Of a DNA stretch of 64,000 nt, positions 1-12,699 are shown piece after piece. Where the stretch lies: contig OX597815.1 in NCBI GenBank assembly GCA_951406725.2, positions 86,986,001-87,050,000 of the forward strand. Reading direction: 5' to 3'. Position 1 is the first letter of the stretch. Every line of letters begins with the position of its first letter. The DNA comes from Octopus vulgaris (lineage: Eukaryota). The notes beneath the pieces were generated by a model that had not been told where the DNA came from, searched no databases, and saw only the letters and a list, made by a program, of their open reading frames with translations. The position numbers and the translations under genes are program-made.

Positions 1-801
1 CGACACCCCTGCTAGCCTCCGGGACGCTGTCTTCCACGACCTACAAAACAATTTACGCGACCTAAAATGGCTGGCAGGCAGAGCTATTCTCGCACCCAAA
101 AATACAACCGTCAACTCCATCAATATCCAGCTACTTGAAGCTATTCCTGGTGATGTCCACGTCTACAAATCTATAGATAGGACAGCAGACCCCGCCCAGC
201 TTGCCGATTATCCTGTTGAATTCCTGAATTCACTTGAACCGCCTGCCACACACATCCTGAAGTTAAAAGTCGGTGCGCCCATTATGCTCATCAGGAATTT
301 GGTTCCACCTAAACAGTGCAACGGCACACGTTTGGTTGTGAAACATTTGGCACCACATTTAATAACGGCCACAATACTTACCGGTTGTGGGAAGGGAGAG
401 GACGTCTTCATTCCACGGATGCACCTTCAGCCGTCGGGCGCTGACCTACCAATCCACTTCAGGCGTTCTCAGTTTCCTGTTAAACTCTGCTTCGCAATGT
501 CCATCAATAAATCCCAAGGCCAAACGCTACAAGTCGCTGGGTTACATTTGGGCGAACAGTGCTTCGCCCACGGTCAACTCTACGTGGGCTGTTCACGCGT
601 TGGGAGGCGCAATGATGTTTTCATGTTTTCGCCCAAACGGACAGCTAGGAACATCGTATATACAGAAGTATTCCAGTGAAGACAAGACATTGCAACGTCC
701 ACATGCACCTTCGTTCCCTGGAGGGAAAGGACTACATTGGGATTAGTCGTTGCCTACTAGGGGCTCTTACATACCCGGGCAACGCCGGGCTATGCTGCTA
801 G
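1..801 (+). mobile_element. Helitron, 3' end
   Basis: The helicase ORF is followed by a subterminal hairpin CCCGG-GCAACG-CCGGG (774-789), then terminal CTAG (798-801) and a host T at 802. This is the canonical Helitron 3' terminus. Confidence 0.93.
2..679 (+). CDS. Helitron RepHel C-terminal PIF1-family helicase domain (5' part lies outside the window)
   Basis: The frame is open from base 2 to TGA at 677-679. It reads WLAGRAILAPKN, YPVEFLNSL, LKVGAPIMLIRNL, CNGTRL, RSQFPVKLCFAMSINKSQGQTL, FAHGQLYVGCSRV and NIVYTEV, all typical Helitron PIF1 helicase motifs. Confidence 0.95.
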   Translation, partial: DTPASLRDAVFHDLQNNLRDLKWLAGRAILAPKNTTVNSINIQLLEAIPGDVHVYKSIDRTADPAQLADYPVEFLNSLEPPATHILKLKVGAPIMLIRNLVPPKQCNGTRLVVKHLAPHLITATILTGCGKGEDVFIPRMHLQPSGADLPIHFRRSQFPVKLCFAMSINKSQGQTLQVAGLHLGEQCFAHGQLYVGCSRVGRRNDVFMFSPKRTARNIVYTEVFQ

Positions 802-1347
802 TTGCTATATAAAGAGGATATGGGAAGGTAAAGCAGGGTCAAAGATTATCACTATAGGAAAAAAACATTAGCAGATTTCAGTGCAAAACCAGAAAGGAGG
901 TCATTTAATTTAATTTATTTATTTATTAATGTTACTACTAATACATTGGCAGACTAAGGGACTACATTAAGGGGTCAAAATAAGGGATTGAGAGTTATTT
1001 TTCATAATGAAAAATCGTTATATTATTTTTATGGGATTAGCAATATTTCTAGTAGTATATAAAAGAATTACGAAGTCTAATTAACTAATTTGCTATAAGT
1101 TGGTTTACCTAAATTAGATTAAACATTAGATAAAATTAATTTAAATTATCTATATAGTCTATTAAAATGAAAATTTATTTGCAACTAATTTATTTCTTTA
1201 TGTTTCAAACCTGGTACAGTTAGAGAGAAAATAACCAATGCCTATGAGCTCGTAGCTATCTAATTAAATATATATAATATATAAGAGTTTTGCTTTATTA
1301 GTATAAGCAAGATAGACAAATCACAAAATGATTTTTATATACGGTTA

Positions 1348-3251
1348 TCATTTAAAATATTTTAGAGTCTTAATCCTAGCGTGAATACAAGAGGGACCCA
1401 ATTCTATACGGTTATTCAACAAATTATCATTTCTTCTATGCATTAGTATTTCAAATGTTTCCATGGAGCAAAGTTGACAACCAACTCTGCTATTTTTATA
1501 AGGTATCGCTCTTCTAACTAATTCCCAATTAAGGTTATACTTAATATTATTATTTTTGAGTTCCCAGATCTTACTTGAAAGTGTGGTGCTATCAGCTTTA
1601 TGACGTAATTTGAAAGAAGAGAGATGATTGCTAAGACGTTTCTTAAAATTTATAGTACATCCTAAATAAATAAACTTGTTATTCTCTGTGGTTATGGTAC
1701 ATTTATAGATTACGTTGTTTAACCCGCATAGACCAGGTGCCGGGCATTTTGATCTAATTCTATAGTTACAACTAGGGGGATCATTTTCCGATGTGGAATT
1801 ACTCAAGGATAGATGTCTCATATTACTGCTATTCAAAACATTATGAGTATATTTTTCGTTATTATGGTTACTGCTGCTATCTAAAATAGTGTTATCGTTA
1901 TTATAGTTAATGTTGTTATCTAAAGCAGTATTATCATTTATCGGTCTTTCTATACTATCATTTAATTCTATAGTCCTACCATAGTTACTAACATTATTGG
2001 TATTGCTACTTTTATTGCCAGTATTAGTTTCTAAATGTATACTGTTACTATTGATATCATTATTGTCTTCATTCTCGGTATTTTCCCTATTGGTATTATT
2101 TCTATTATTAACATAATTGTTCCTATTTGTATTATTGTTATTACTCGTTATTCTATAGCTATTGGTTATACCTATGTTATGATAGTTATTATTATTAATG
2201 TGGCCATTATTAATTTCGGTAATGTTACTATTGTTATTATTTAAATTTTTCCTGGCTAGTTTAATGTTATTATTATTGATCTTAGCTATTAAAGTGGACA
2301 TATTTGGGAGGGTTGAATAAGACATTCTGACCGTTTTTTTAGAAATAATTTTATGATATCTATGAGAGGTTGGAAAGTTCTTTTCCAGAATTATTTTGAA
2401 TCTACTCTGAATATCCGACAGAATCGCACAGTTGAAAGGAACATTTAGCCACATTATATATTTCTTATTAAATTTCCCAGAATTAGAATTGGGGTTAGTT
2501 GAATCATTCCTACTTTCACCAGAGTCGTTGTGTTTATTAATGCTCCTATTTGCCTGCTTCTTTGTTTTATCTAAATTTATCTTATCCGTATTACCTATGT
2601 TCTGGTCTATGTTCTATTGTTGTTTACGTGGCTATTGTTACTTCTTTTATTAGGAATATGTAAGTTCTCTTTATCAGTGTTACTAATTGTATGCTTCTTT
2701 GTTTTATCTAAATTTATCCTATCCGAGTTACCTATGTTTTGGTCTATGTTCTTATCTTTGTTCTTATTTCCATTTAGATTTGTTGTCATATTAAATCTAC
2801 ATCTACTTTTATTTCCGGCGCTATCACTATTGTTGTTTACGTGGTTATTGTTACTTCTTTTATTAGGAATATGTAAGGTCTCTTTATCAATAAAGGTAAT
2901 TTTTTGGTTGTATCCTGCCTTAGATAACGCCGCATTATAATGCTCCGAATGGGAATTAAATATATCAAAATTAGATGATAATTTAGAGATTCTTAAAGAA
3001 ATATTTCTCATCAAAGTATTAATTATATTAGGGGGATGATTGGATAATTTATTTACGTAACTAGTGATTTCACCTTCCTTTCTAAATGGGTAATGTAGCT
3101 TAGAGTTAAGGTCTAATATAATATCTAGGAAATTGACTATTTTAGTACCTGGTTCATAGGTTATGCTAAGGTTGAAATCTTTAAAGAACCTATTACTTTT
3201 CTTTCTAATCCTTTCAATGTTCGATTTATTATTACTAGGCACAACCCGCAT
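1348..3251 (-). mobile_element. 5'-truncated Penelope-like element (RT C-terminus/thumb, linker, GIY-YIG endonuclease), probably Naiad-like, with one frameshift near 2610
   Basis: ORF 2607-3251 has VNFLDIILDL...YVNKLSNHPP (PLE RT end/thumb). ORF 1348-2454 has WLNVPF..KNFP.SHRYHKI..KTVRMSYS, a Cys cluster CNYR..KCP..GLC, GIY-YIG VIYKC..FIYLGCT..FKKRLSNH, CQLC..E and LLNNRIE..CIH. Clade assignment is from recalled motif patterns only. Confidence 0.88.
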
Positions 3252-3350
3252 TATCTTATGGTTAACACCATATAGATTTCTGGTGCATCTAAGTTAAGTA
3301 CCGCATTCATGTGAATTCAACAGAACTCACTTGAATCTTAATTGCTTTTA

Positions 3351-3381
<31 letters not shown>

Positions 3382-3763
3382 CTCTTTTACTCTTTTACTT
3401 GTTTCAGTCATTTGACTGCGGCCATGCAGGAGCACCGCCTTTAGTCGAGCAAATCGACCCCGGAACTTATTCTTTGTAAGCCCAGTACTTATTCTATCGG
3501 TCTCTTTTGCCGAACCGCTAAGTAACGGGGACATAAACACACCAGCATCGGTTGTCAAGCAATGCTAGGGAGACAAACACAGACACACAAACACGCACAC
3601 AGACATATATACATATATACGACAGACTTCTTTCAGTTTCCGTCTACCAAATCCACTCACAAGGCATTGGTCGGCTCGGGGCTATAGCAGAAAATCACTT
3701 GCCCAAGATGCCACGCAGTGGGACTGGTTAGCAAGCTACTTACCACACAGCCACTCCTGCGCC
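3382..3763 (-). mobile_element. tRNA-derived CORE-type SINE (family A)
   Basis: Minus strand: GGCGCAGGAGTGGCTGTGTGGTAAG head, CORE-like TTGGGCAAGTG segment and tail GGTGCTCC..CATGGCCGCAGTCAAATGACTGAAACAAGTAAAAGAG. Nearly identical to 21852-22260, with a deletion in the B-box region. Confidence 0.85.
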
Positions 3764-3827
3764 ATATATGATATGTTATGTGTGTGTGTAATAACATACA
3801 CCCCCATCATGCCATGATATGTACATA

Positions 3828-4213
3828 TACTGTGTAGTAAGAGGTTTGCTCCCAGCCACATGGTTCCGGGTTCAGTCCCACTGCGTGACCCCTTGGGCGA
3901 GTGTCTTCTACTATAGCCCGAGGCTATAGTAGAAGACGAAAACTGAAAGAATTCCATCGTATGTGCGTGCGTGTGTGTGTATGTGTTTAAGTGCGTGTGT
4001 CATTGTGTCTGTGTTTGTCTCCCACCATCGCTTCAAAACTGTTGTAGGTGTGTTTGCGTTCCTGTAATTTAGCGGTTCGGTAGAAAAATAAAAGCCGATG
4101 GAGTAAATACCATGCTTAAAAGAAATAGGTACTGGAGTCGATTCATTCGACTAAAAACTTTTCAAGATGGTGCCCCAGCAGGCCGCGGTCTAATAGCTAA
4201 AACAAGTAAGAGG
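3828..4213 (+). mobile_element. Family A SINE, diverged, inverted relative to 3382-3763
   Basis: CCACATGGTTCCGGGTTCAGTCCCACTGCGTGACCCCTTGGGCGAGTGTCTTC through the GGTGCCCCAGCAGGCCGCGGTC tail. Confidence 0.8.
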
Positions 4214-4244
4214 TAAAAAAAAATACATACATGCATAATGTTAA

Positions 4245-4511
4245 TAGAAAGCTGAAGATCAGTGAAAAAAGTGAACACCTACGCTGAACTAGTGAGAAAT
4301 CTGCAGTTACTCTCTCCAGATTGCAAGTTCAAATTTATACGTGTAATAATTGGGGGTATGTAACAGACTGCCTAAATACCAATCTTGAGAAATTAGGCTT
4401 CTCAAAACCAGACAGAATAAAACTAATTCGAAGACTACAGATCTAATCCATCTCTGGAACTGTAAAAGTCTAGATATGAAACTATATGGATGAGAATACA
4501 TACATACATAC

Positions 4512-4566
<55 letters not shown>

Positions 4567-4750
4567 TACATACATACATACATACATACATACATACATA
4601 CATACATACATACATACATACATACATGCGTGCGTACATGCATACACACCTTGTTGTTGATGTTGAAATTCCAATGAATTGGATCTAGGTTAGAAACCAA
4701 CTCTTTCTCTATTGGCAAGAAATCTTGAAATAAAACTGAACAATGACATA
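4245..4750 (+). mobile_element. 3' fragment of an RLE-type (R4/Dong-like) non-LTR retrotransposon embedded in (CATA)n
   Basis: Degenerate translation EKVNTYAELVRNLQLL..KFKFIRVIIG..GYVT..LEKLGF..LIRRLQI.SISGTVKV resembles the EK..Y..L / V.IGALG C-terminus of RLE LINEs. A putative 3' tail at 4640-4750 runs into (CATA)n. Confidence 0.6.
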
Positions 4751-4860
4751 AATACATACATACATACATACATACATACATGCATGCATGCATGCATGCA
4801 TGCATACATACATACATACATACATACATACATACATACATACATACATACATACATACA

Positions 4861-4891
<31 letters not shown>

Positions 4892-7166
4892 GCATATTTT
4901 GCCACAGCTTCGTCATTCAGAAATATGTGTAGATAAGTTTATAGGGACATGTCCTTATGCGATAGCCAAAAAGCTACATCTAGATAAAAGATAAAATTAT
5001 CATATACATGCGCATTGGACTCACACGTATACATAGTTCTGCATATGACGTAGAAGCTGCAATGAAACGTAATAACTCATGCTGCAAACACCAAAATACG
5101 AAAAAGGAAGATACATGCGTATGTGCGCATGCATGTGTTTATTTTTATGTTTATGGGTGTTATGCATTTGTGCAGTTTTTATTTGACCTAACAGCAACAA
5201 GACATCCGTTGGTCATACTAAAATGAAATTCAAAACTTTATACTGATTTCATCAACTACAGGAAGTAGCTCTCTAAAATTTGAAACCAGAGAACGAAAGT
5301 AGTCTGAAACTAAGTAAGAATTTACGGATCTCTAACTATTTCCCTTTGAAGCAATTCTTGTTACTTAACTGCAATTCTGCTTCCCAATGAGCCGTTTAAC
5401 TATGAAAGACAGGAGATGGATATTGCTTCCGTGTTTGAGGAATTCAACCTTCATGTACGAATCGCTCCTGGTCGAGCAAGGGTTTGATCTGGCATTAGAT
5501 AAATATCGATTAAGAATCAGAGAAATTACTTTGCATTATTTATTTGCCTTCTCTTTGAATTCTAAGATCAAATCTCAAAGGCTTGTGGAGTCCAAATTTG
5601 TATTTCATCCTTCTAGGATCGATAAAACAAAGACCCAGTAAAGTAGTTATATTCCATTTATGCATCCTATATTTGAATGGAATTGCAACAGAAGATTAAG
5701 ACTAACACCAGTTCCTCTCTGCATGACCAGTGTGTATTGAATAAGCTGTTACGCATTGATATACAGGACCAGCGTTTCAATTTATTAACAAGATGACAGG
5801 ACAATTGATAAATTTATCGTCGTCCTCTCGACTCTCACGCATTACAATACGTTTATATTACTGGTGAAATTCTTCTTTATGATTAACTGATAAAATATTT
5901 TGCATATATAGGAAACAGATATTCAACCAATCAAACATTTACATTTTACATTGTTTACTATTCATCACTAAAGGATAAGCAATTCTGGTTTAAGAAATTG
6001 ATACAACAAATCGATGAGGAGACAGAGGAAATGTTGATTTCATTCCCATGGATATATTAGAAAAATACGTGGTGCAGTGCACAGCTGTACATTGAATCAC
6101 ATACACACACACACATATATATGCACCATGTACTGTTCCATGATGGTAAGATCAACAAAAAGAGTACTCCATCTGGTGAGTTTCTTATGTTGAGAAATAC
6201 CTCAAACATATTCATCAGGTACAAGCTATATATATAACTTTTCGCGTTTCTTTTCTCATTCAATTTTCAGTTTGCTGTGATATATTAGTTTGTGCCTGAT
6301 GAATATGTTTGAGGTGTTTTTCAACATATGAAACTATTAGTAGCACATGTATTGTGTCTATTAAATAATGTGTGTGTGTCACTTTATCCGAATAAAGTGA
6401 CTCTGATAATGAAAGAGATGCGATCTACTGATCAGGAGGTTCATATACTTACTGCCAATATACTTTGCATGAAAGGTTCAGTTAGAAGAAGAAGAAGAAG
6501 AAGAAGAAGAAGAAGAAGAAGAAGAAGAAGAAGAAGAAGAAGAAGAAGAAGAGCAACAACAACAACAACAACAACAACAATGCGCTGTAGTTGCAGCAGC
6601 TGCAGCTATTGCTTGACAGGGAATAAGCGTCGTCTTTTTCCAGATATATTTATCTTCCCATATGAACCGCATCTCTGGAGTAAGCGAAGTCCATATCTGA
6701 ACCCCTGAACTATAAAATGTTGTCAGGTGCTTACATTTCCCTATTATCTGGCAAAAGTAGTTATATACTGGAGAGAATTAACGGTAATCAAGACGCTTTC
6801 GAAGAGACTCTAAGCATCATCAAAGTTCAGCTGAAGCATATTATGGGTTTCAACGCGGTTTAGCTAGAAATGCATATGCCCTCTCATGCAAATAATTTAT
6901 AAACATACTTGTTTTAAGAGAGAATCAACCGTTGATATAAATGGCTAATAATTATTCAGTAAAAAGGACCAAGATCATCTGATTGAATGAATGAATGAAT
7001 TAATTAATTAATTAATTATACATACATATGAACTATTTCTAACCTTGCTTTAAATCAATTTTGGCACTACAGAGAGAAACCAGAAATATAGTTTGATATA
7101 AAATTAATTTAGAGACTCTGCAGTGCGTTCCTTAAAATATGCATATTTGCATGTATAAATACTAAG

Positions 7167-7252
<86 letters not shown>

Positions 7253-8102
7253 CACAATATCAGACGCGCGCGCGCACACACACACACACATGCACACACA
7301 CCTGAATCTCAAAATATGTAGTCGTTTTTAAATTTTGTAATAGATTTATTCAAATACCAAACCGGTTTCCACAATTTTTGGTTATCAATGGTAAAAAATA
7401 AATGAATAATAGGATTAGGAGATTTCAAATTTACAAGGCAAAATTCGGAGAAGCATGTTTCAGCGATGAAATGTTCAAAATATTCATAGAATTCTGAATG
7501 AGTTTCACAGAGGTAGAGAGTAATATAAGTGTAAATATTCGATGAAGATTATAACAAATGTATATGACTGAAAGTTCAGTCATATTGAGTTTTTATCAAA
7601 AAGACCTCCCTGGCTAGCAACGTATGACACTTAAAAGAGGAAGGAACACCTTGAACAATGAGGAACTTATACAGATGGGAGCAAATGAAGTAAGCTTTGT
7701 TTGGGAGAGAGAGCAAAAATCCTAAACAAAAACTCGCTCACTCCGGAAACCCTTTTTAAACTCCAGGAAATAAGTATTTAATCAATGCCCGAATCTAAAA
7801 CGTTTCTTACTACAAGCTTGAAATTCTCCATACCTTGAATAGGGTGGACGCAGCTCCTTCTAATATTACAAAGAATGGAGCCGATGTAATGGAGATAACC
7901 CTATCCAGCCTGCAGCACCACTGCACAGACAAATATTTCTTGTTTACAAAACAAACTGACAGTGAAATATTTCTTCCTTCAGTTATAGAGCTTATGCGTT
8001 TTTGCCCAATGGAATCCAACGTGCTGCCTATACGGCTAAGCGCTTTATAGGTGCGAAACCAATGGTCACTCTATGACCGGCCATAGCATTTTACTTCCAA
8101 AA

Positions 8103-8155
<53 letters not shown>

Positions 8156-8217
8156 CGTGTGTGTGTTGTGTCTGTGTTCGCGCGTCTTTACATCTTAATA
8201 CATGTAAATAGATAGAG

Positions 8218-8287
<70 letters not shown>

Positions 8288-8584
8288 GTTTTTATGTGTT
8301 TATTTTATTTATTTATGTGCTCTTAAGTTGTTTTCACAGATTGTTTTCCAAATTGGTGTTTATAATGCTTAACATCACTTAATATATAAGTAAATGTGTT
8401 TAAATATTGCCTTTCTGGTTTCATTGTTCACATTTTCAACAACACAAAACCGAACAGAGAAACTAGTCTTTTTCATTGGAATTTTTGCATCAACTATTTA
8501 TTCAGGTAAGCATACATTCGAACATTTGTGTACACACATGTTTGTGCGTATGAAAAAGTGTATTATATTTTACATATGTTTACG

Positions 8585-8615
8585 TGAATATATATATATA
8601 TATATACATATATAC

Positions 8616-8672
<57 letters not shown>

Positions 8673-8846
8673 TAATAGTGGAGAAGAGTAAGAATGAGCA
8701 CTCACAACAGCATTGGTAGATAAATATATTCTTTATGCAAGAAATTTGTCCTTGACCTTAGGCTTCGTGTGTTGAATATCGCAATTTTCAAATGATTCAC
8801 ATTAAAAATGGTTGTAGGAACTATCACCAGTGTGGATTTCGCTGCC

Positions 8847-8900
<54 letters not shown>

Positions 8901-9162
8901 TAGATATATATATATACATATATATACATATATATATATACATATATATATATTTATATATATATATACATATATATATACATACATACATACTTATACA
9001 TATACACATACATATGTATATATATATATATATGCATATATATGTACATAAATATATTTATGATTTATGCATATATATATATGTATGTATATGAATATAT
9101 ATGTGCATATATATATATGTGTATATATATGATGGCTACCCCTCGTTATCGAATATGGCCAG

Positions 9163-9215
<53 letters not shown>

Positions 9216-9257
9216 TATATACATATATACATACATATATAAACATATATACATAAG

Positions 9258-9319
<62 letters not shown>

Positions 9320-9360
9320 TGTGTGTGCATATGCATGCATATGCAGAAACACACATATAT
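8585..9360. repeat. Compound (TA)n/(TG)n microsatellite field, representative of dozens of (TA), (CA), (GA), (CATA), (GATA), (AAT), (GAA) and (GGT) tracts in the window
   Basis: Directly visible simple repeats. Confidence 0.95.
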
Positions 9361-9762
9361 TTACTCAGAACATATTTCCCACTATTTACGTTGTTTTTGT
9401 TACATCCTTTTAGTTGCTACAATATGTTAGAGCTTTCGCTACAAATATTATTGCTCTTCCTGGTGTTGGAGGAATTGCTGGGTTTTTTTTGGGTTTTTTT
9501 TTTGTTCTTCTTGTCTTACAAATATGTTTTGCTTCTATGGTGATGAGATTTGTAATTAGATAATACACATCCGTTAGGCAAAAGTAAGTGGATTCTTTTT
9601 TTTTTTGTATACATAGCATGTTTATAGACAAAAACATACATACACACAAGAACTCCCTTACACGCACACACATATATACCTCCATACACGAGGGAAATAA
9701 ACATTCATGCACATTATGTATGTATATATATACATATACATATACATATATATATGCACATT

Positions 9763-9801
<39 letters not shown>

Positions 9802-9913
9802 GATAAAATACATCCGTTAGGTAGAAGTGAATCTTAATTCTTTATAAACAGCCTAACAACATATATACATTCTTACAGATATTTATATAATCATAATATT
9901 GATGAATGGATGA

Positions 9914-10009
<96 letters not shown>

Positions 10010-10555
10010 TGATTAGAGTGTTGCACAAAATGATAGCAAGACTGTGGTTTCGATTCCTGTACCAGGCGAAGCGTTGTCTTCTTCGTACAATACTTCATTT
10101 GACGTAGCTTCTTTCCACTTAGCTGATGAAGAGGAGTAGTCCTGTGAGGAACCGGTGTGTTTTCCAGGTAGAGGATATGTCCGCCACAGAAACCGGGAAA
10201 CCAGCTCTATGAATTTAAATGAATCGGGAAGGATCTTTATCTCAGATACAGACAGATATACAACACACGCATACATACATACATACATAATACATAAATA
10301 CATACATACATACATACATACATACATACATACATACATACATACATACATACATACATACATACATACATACATACATACATTTTCAATATATACAGCA
10401 ATACTACATGAACATATATATTTTATGATTAATAAAGAAATATACCAATACACATTTATTCATATACATCTATATATGAATATGTGTGTGAGTGTATAGG
10501 TATGTGGGTAGGTAGAGAGATAAATAGATAAATAGATAGATAGATAGATAGTTAT

Positions 10556-10670
<115 letters not shown>

Positions 10671-10977
10671 TACCACTTGTCAAAATGTGCTTTGCAAAAT
10701 GTGCTTGTAGCTCTCAAAGGAGGCCAGCCTGCTGGCTATGCGGACAAGCTTACATTCCTCCAGAACTGGATTATCTTTTCGCAGGATTATCCTTTTACAG
10801 CTGAGTGAACTGGTCAAGAACACAACACCACGCCTGCCTTGGAATCGAAACCACGGTCTTGCGATTGCATAACCGCTAAGCAACTCGCCGTCAAATATAC
10901 ACACACATGCGTGCCCGCATGCATACAACCACCCACACATACACACACACATATATATGAATGCATTTGTATATGTA

Positions 10978-11011
<34 letters not shown>

Positions 11012-12699
11012 CATATATTATATATATACACAGAGAGAGAGAGTGAGATTGAAAAAGAGATGGGAAGGGAAAGAGTAGGTAGAGTGAGAGAGAGTGGGAA
11101 AGAAGAGAGGCCTGGAGTGAGAGAGGAGGAGGAAGAGGGGGTGATAGGGAGAGGGATAGAGGGGGAAAGAAAGAGGAGATTAATTTTTTTTAGTTTTATA
11201 CGAAAGGCAATATTCAATAACGTATGTAATGTATATTGTGACTTGGAATTTAAACATTTTTGAATACTGTCTCTGCGAGTAGATCATTCGTTCCAGGTGT
11301 AAAATTTGTACAAGGTTCTTCATGTCTAAAAGGAAATATGCTTGTTTCATTCTGATGGGAATGTTCCAACAATAATCCTTGTGTTGAAAAGAATGTGCCT
11401 ACTCGATATCAAAATTATTTATCTCAGAGCTGTCTTTCCGATGTACGCACATACGTTGAAAAGACTGCCCTGGGATATATGTATGTGTACGCTATGGAAA
11501 ACGTTCACACAACATCTCCTTTAATCAATAAGCAAACCGCAGGTAAAACATGACAGCTAAAGCTTTACAAACAACAATTATCCGCTGCGTGCTTTTTAAC
11601 TTCTATTGAACAAGTGGAATGGAATATAACACACTAGGCAGGACAACCAGCCATTATTCATTAAAATCATGAAATACATATGAGCGTAAACCGGAATTTT
11701 AAAAAAGAAATTTGAAGAATGAGCACGGAGCATTATTTCTTCACTAATAAATAAAACTACAAAATTTAAAGAATCAGAATATTTTTAAAGGAGATGCAGT
11801 TATACTCTCACTTCGACATATATTAAATATGTTTGTGTGAGTATAAAGTATGCACGTATGTATGTTTAGTTTTATTTTTCGAATTTCTAAACAATGGAGA
11901 AAGAGCCGGTTTGTAGCCTAGAAACAAGGCCTTCTCTTGGAATTTAGACATGAGATAGAGTAGTCATGTATTTGTACATATATATAAAAATATATTCGTG
12001 TACATACATGTATATCTGTGCACATATTTATGCATGTATATATGCGCATATATATACAAGGTGCGCTCAAAAAGTATTCGACCTTATATTTTCCCGCCAA
12101 ACTTAATACCGCGTTGCCAAAATCCTTTGAATAAGAGGTGACGCCACCCTTGCAAATACGTGAATATTTACGCGCCGGTAGGTCTCGTCAATTCGCAGTC
12201 GTTGCACCTAGAGTACAGAATGATGTTCATCCCAGGATGATTTTATTATTTTTATACAATGTGTTGAGGGATCTTCTTTTGTCATTTTATAACGATTAAA
12301 TGTGCTGTTATTGAGTTCATAACTCCACGGAATATGAGTTTATAGTTATGATTCGCCCTCTAACTACAGCTAAAAGTATTTTGTTTGCTGCTTTCGATGT
12401 TTTATTTTTGAACTTCTTCGGTAGAGTTAATGTTGTTTCCAGTATATTTTAATGTTTAATGAGGGAGCATTACATTTCGTTTTGTTTTCAATTATATTGC
12501 CCATCTCGTGCGCGTGTAAGTGTATGTGTATGTGCGTGTCATTTCTTCCACTATATGAACAGAGTACTTGTAAAGAAAAAGAGGTGCCTTAAATTTGCAT
12601 TTATATTTTAATTGAAAAGAAGTAAAATGCTCTGAATAAAGCAAAACAATTACTTGAAATCATATCGCATACCTGCATAAATGAAGAAGATAACTTAAA

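Noticed and set aside
1348-2454. Selenoprotein-type Naiad element (in-frame TGA plus SECIS)
   Set aside because: The Cys positions visible here are ordinary Cys codons, the only TGA is at the expected C-terminus, and I could not identify a SECIS by eye.
10122-10150. CTGATGA as a hammerhead core
   Set aside because: No stem II followed by GAAA and no stem I; it lies in a diverged family C SINE body.
12056-12250. Mariner-like TIR start (TACAAGGTGCGCTCAAAAAGTATTCG)
   Set aside because: No matching second TIR or transposase was found; too weak to call.
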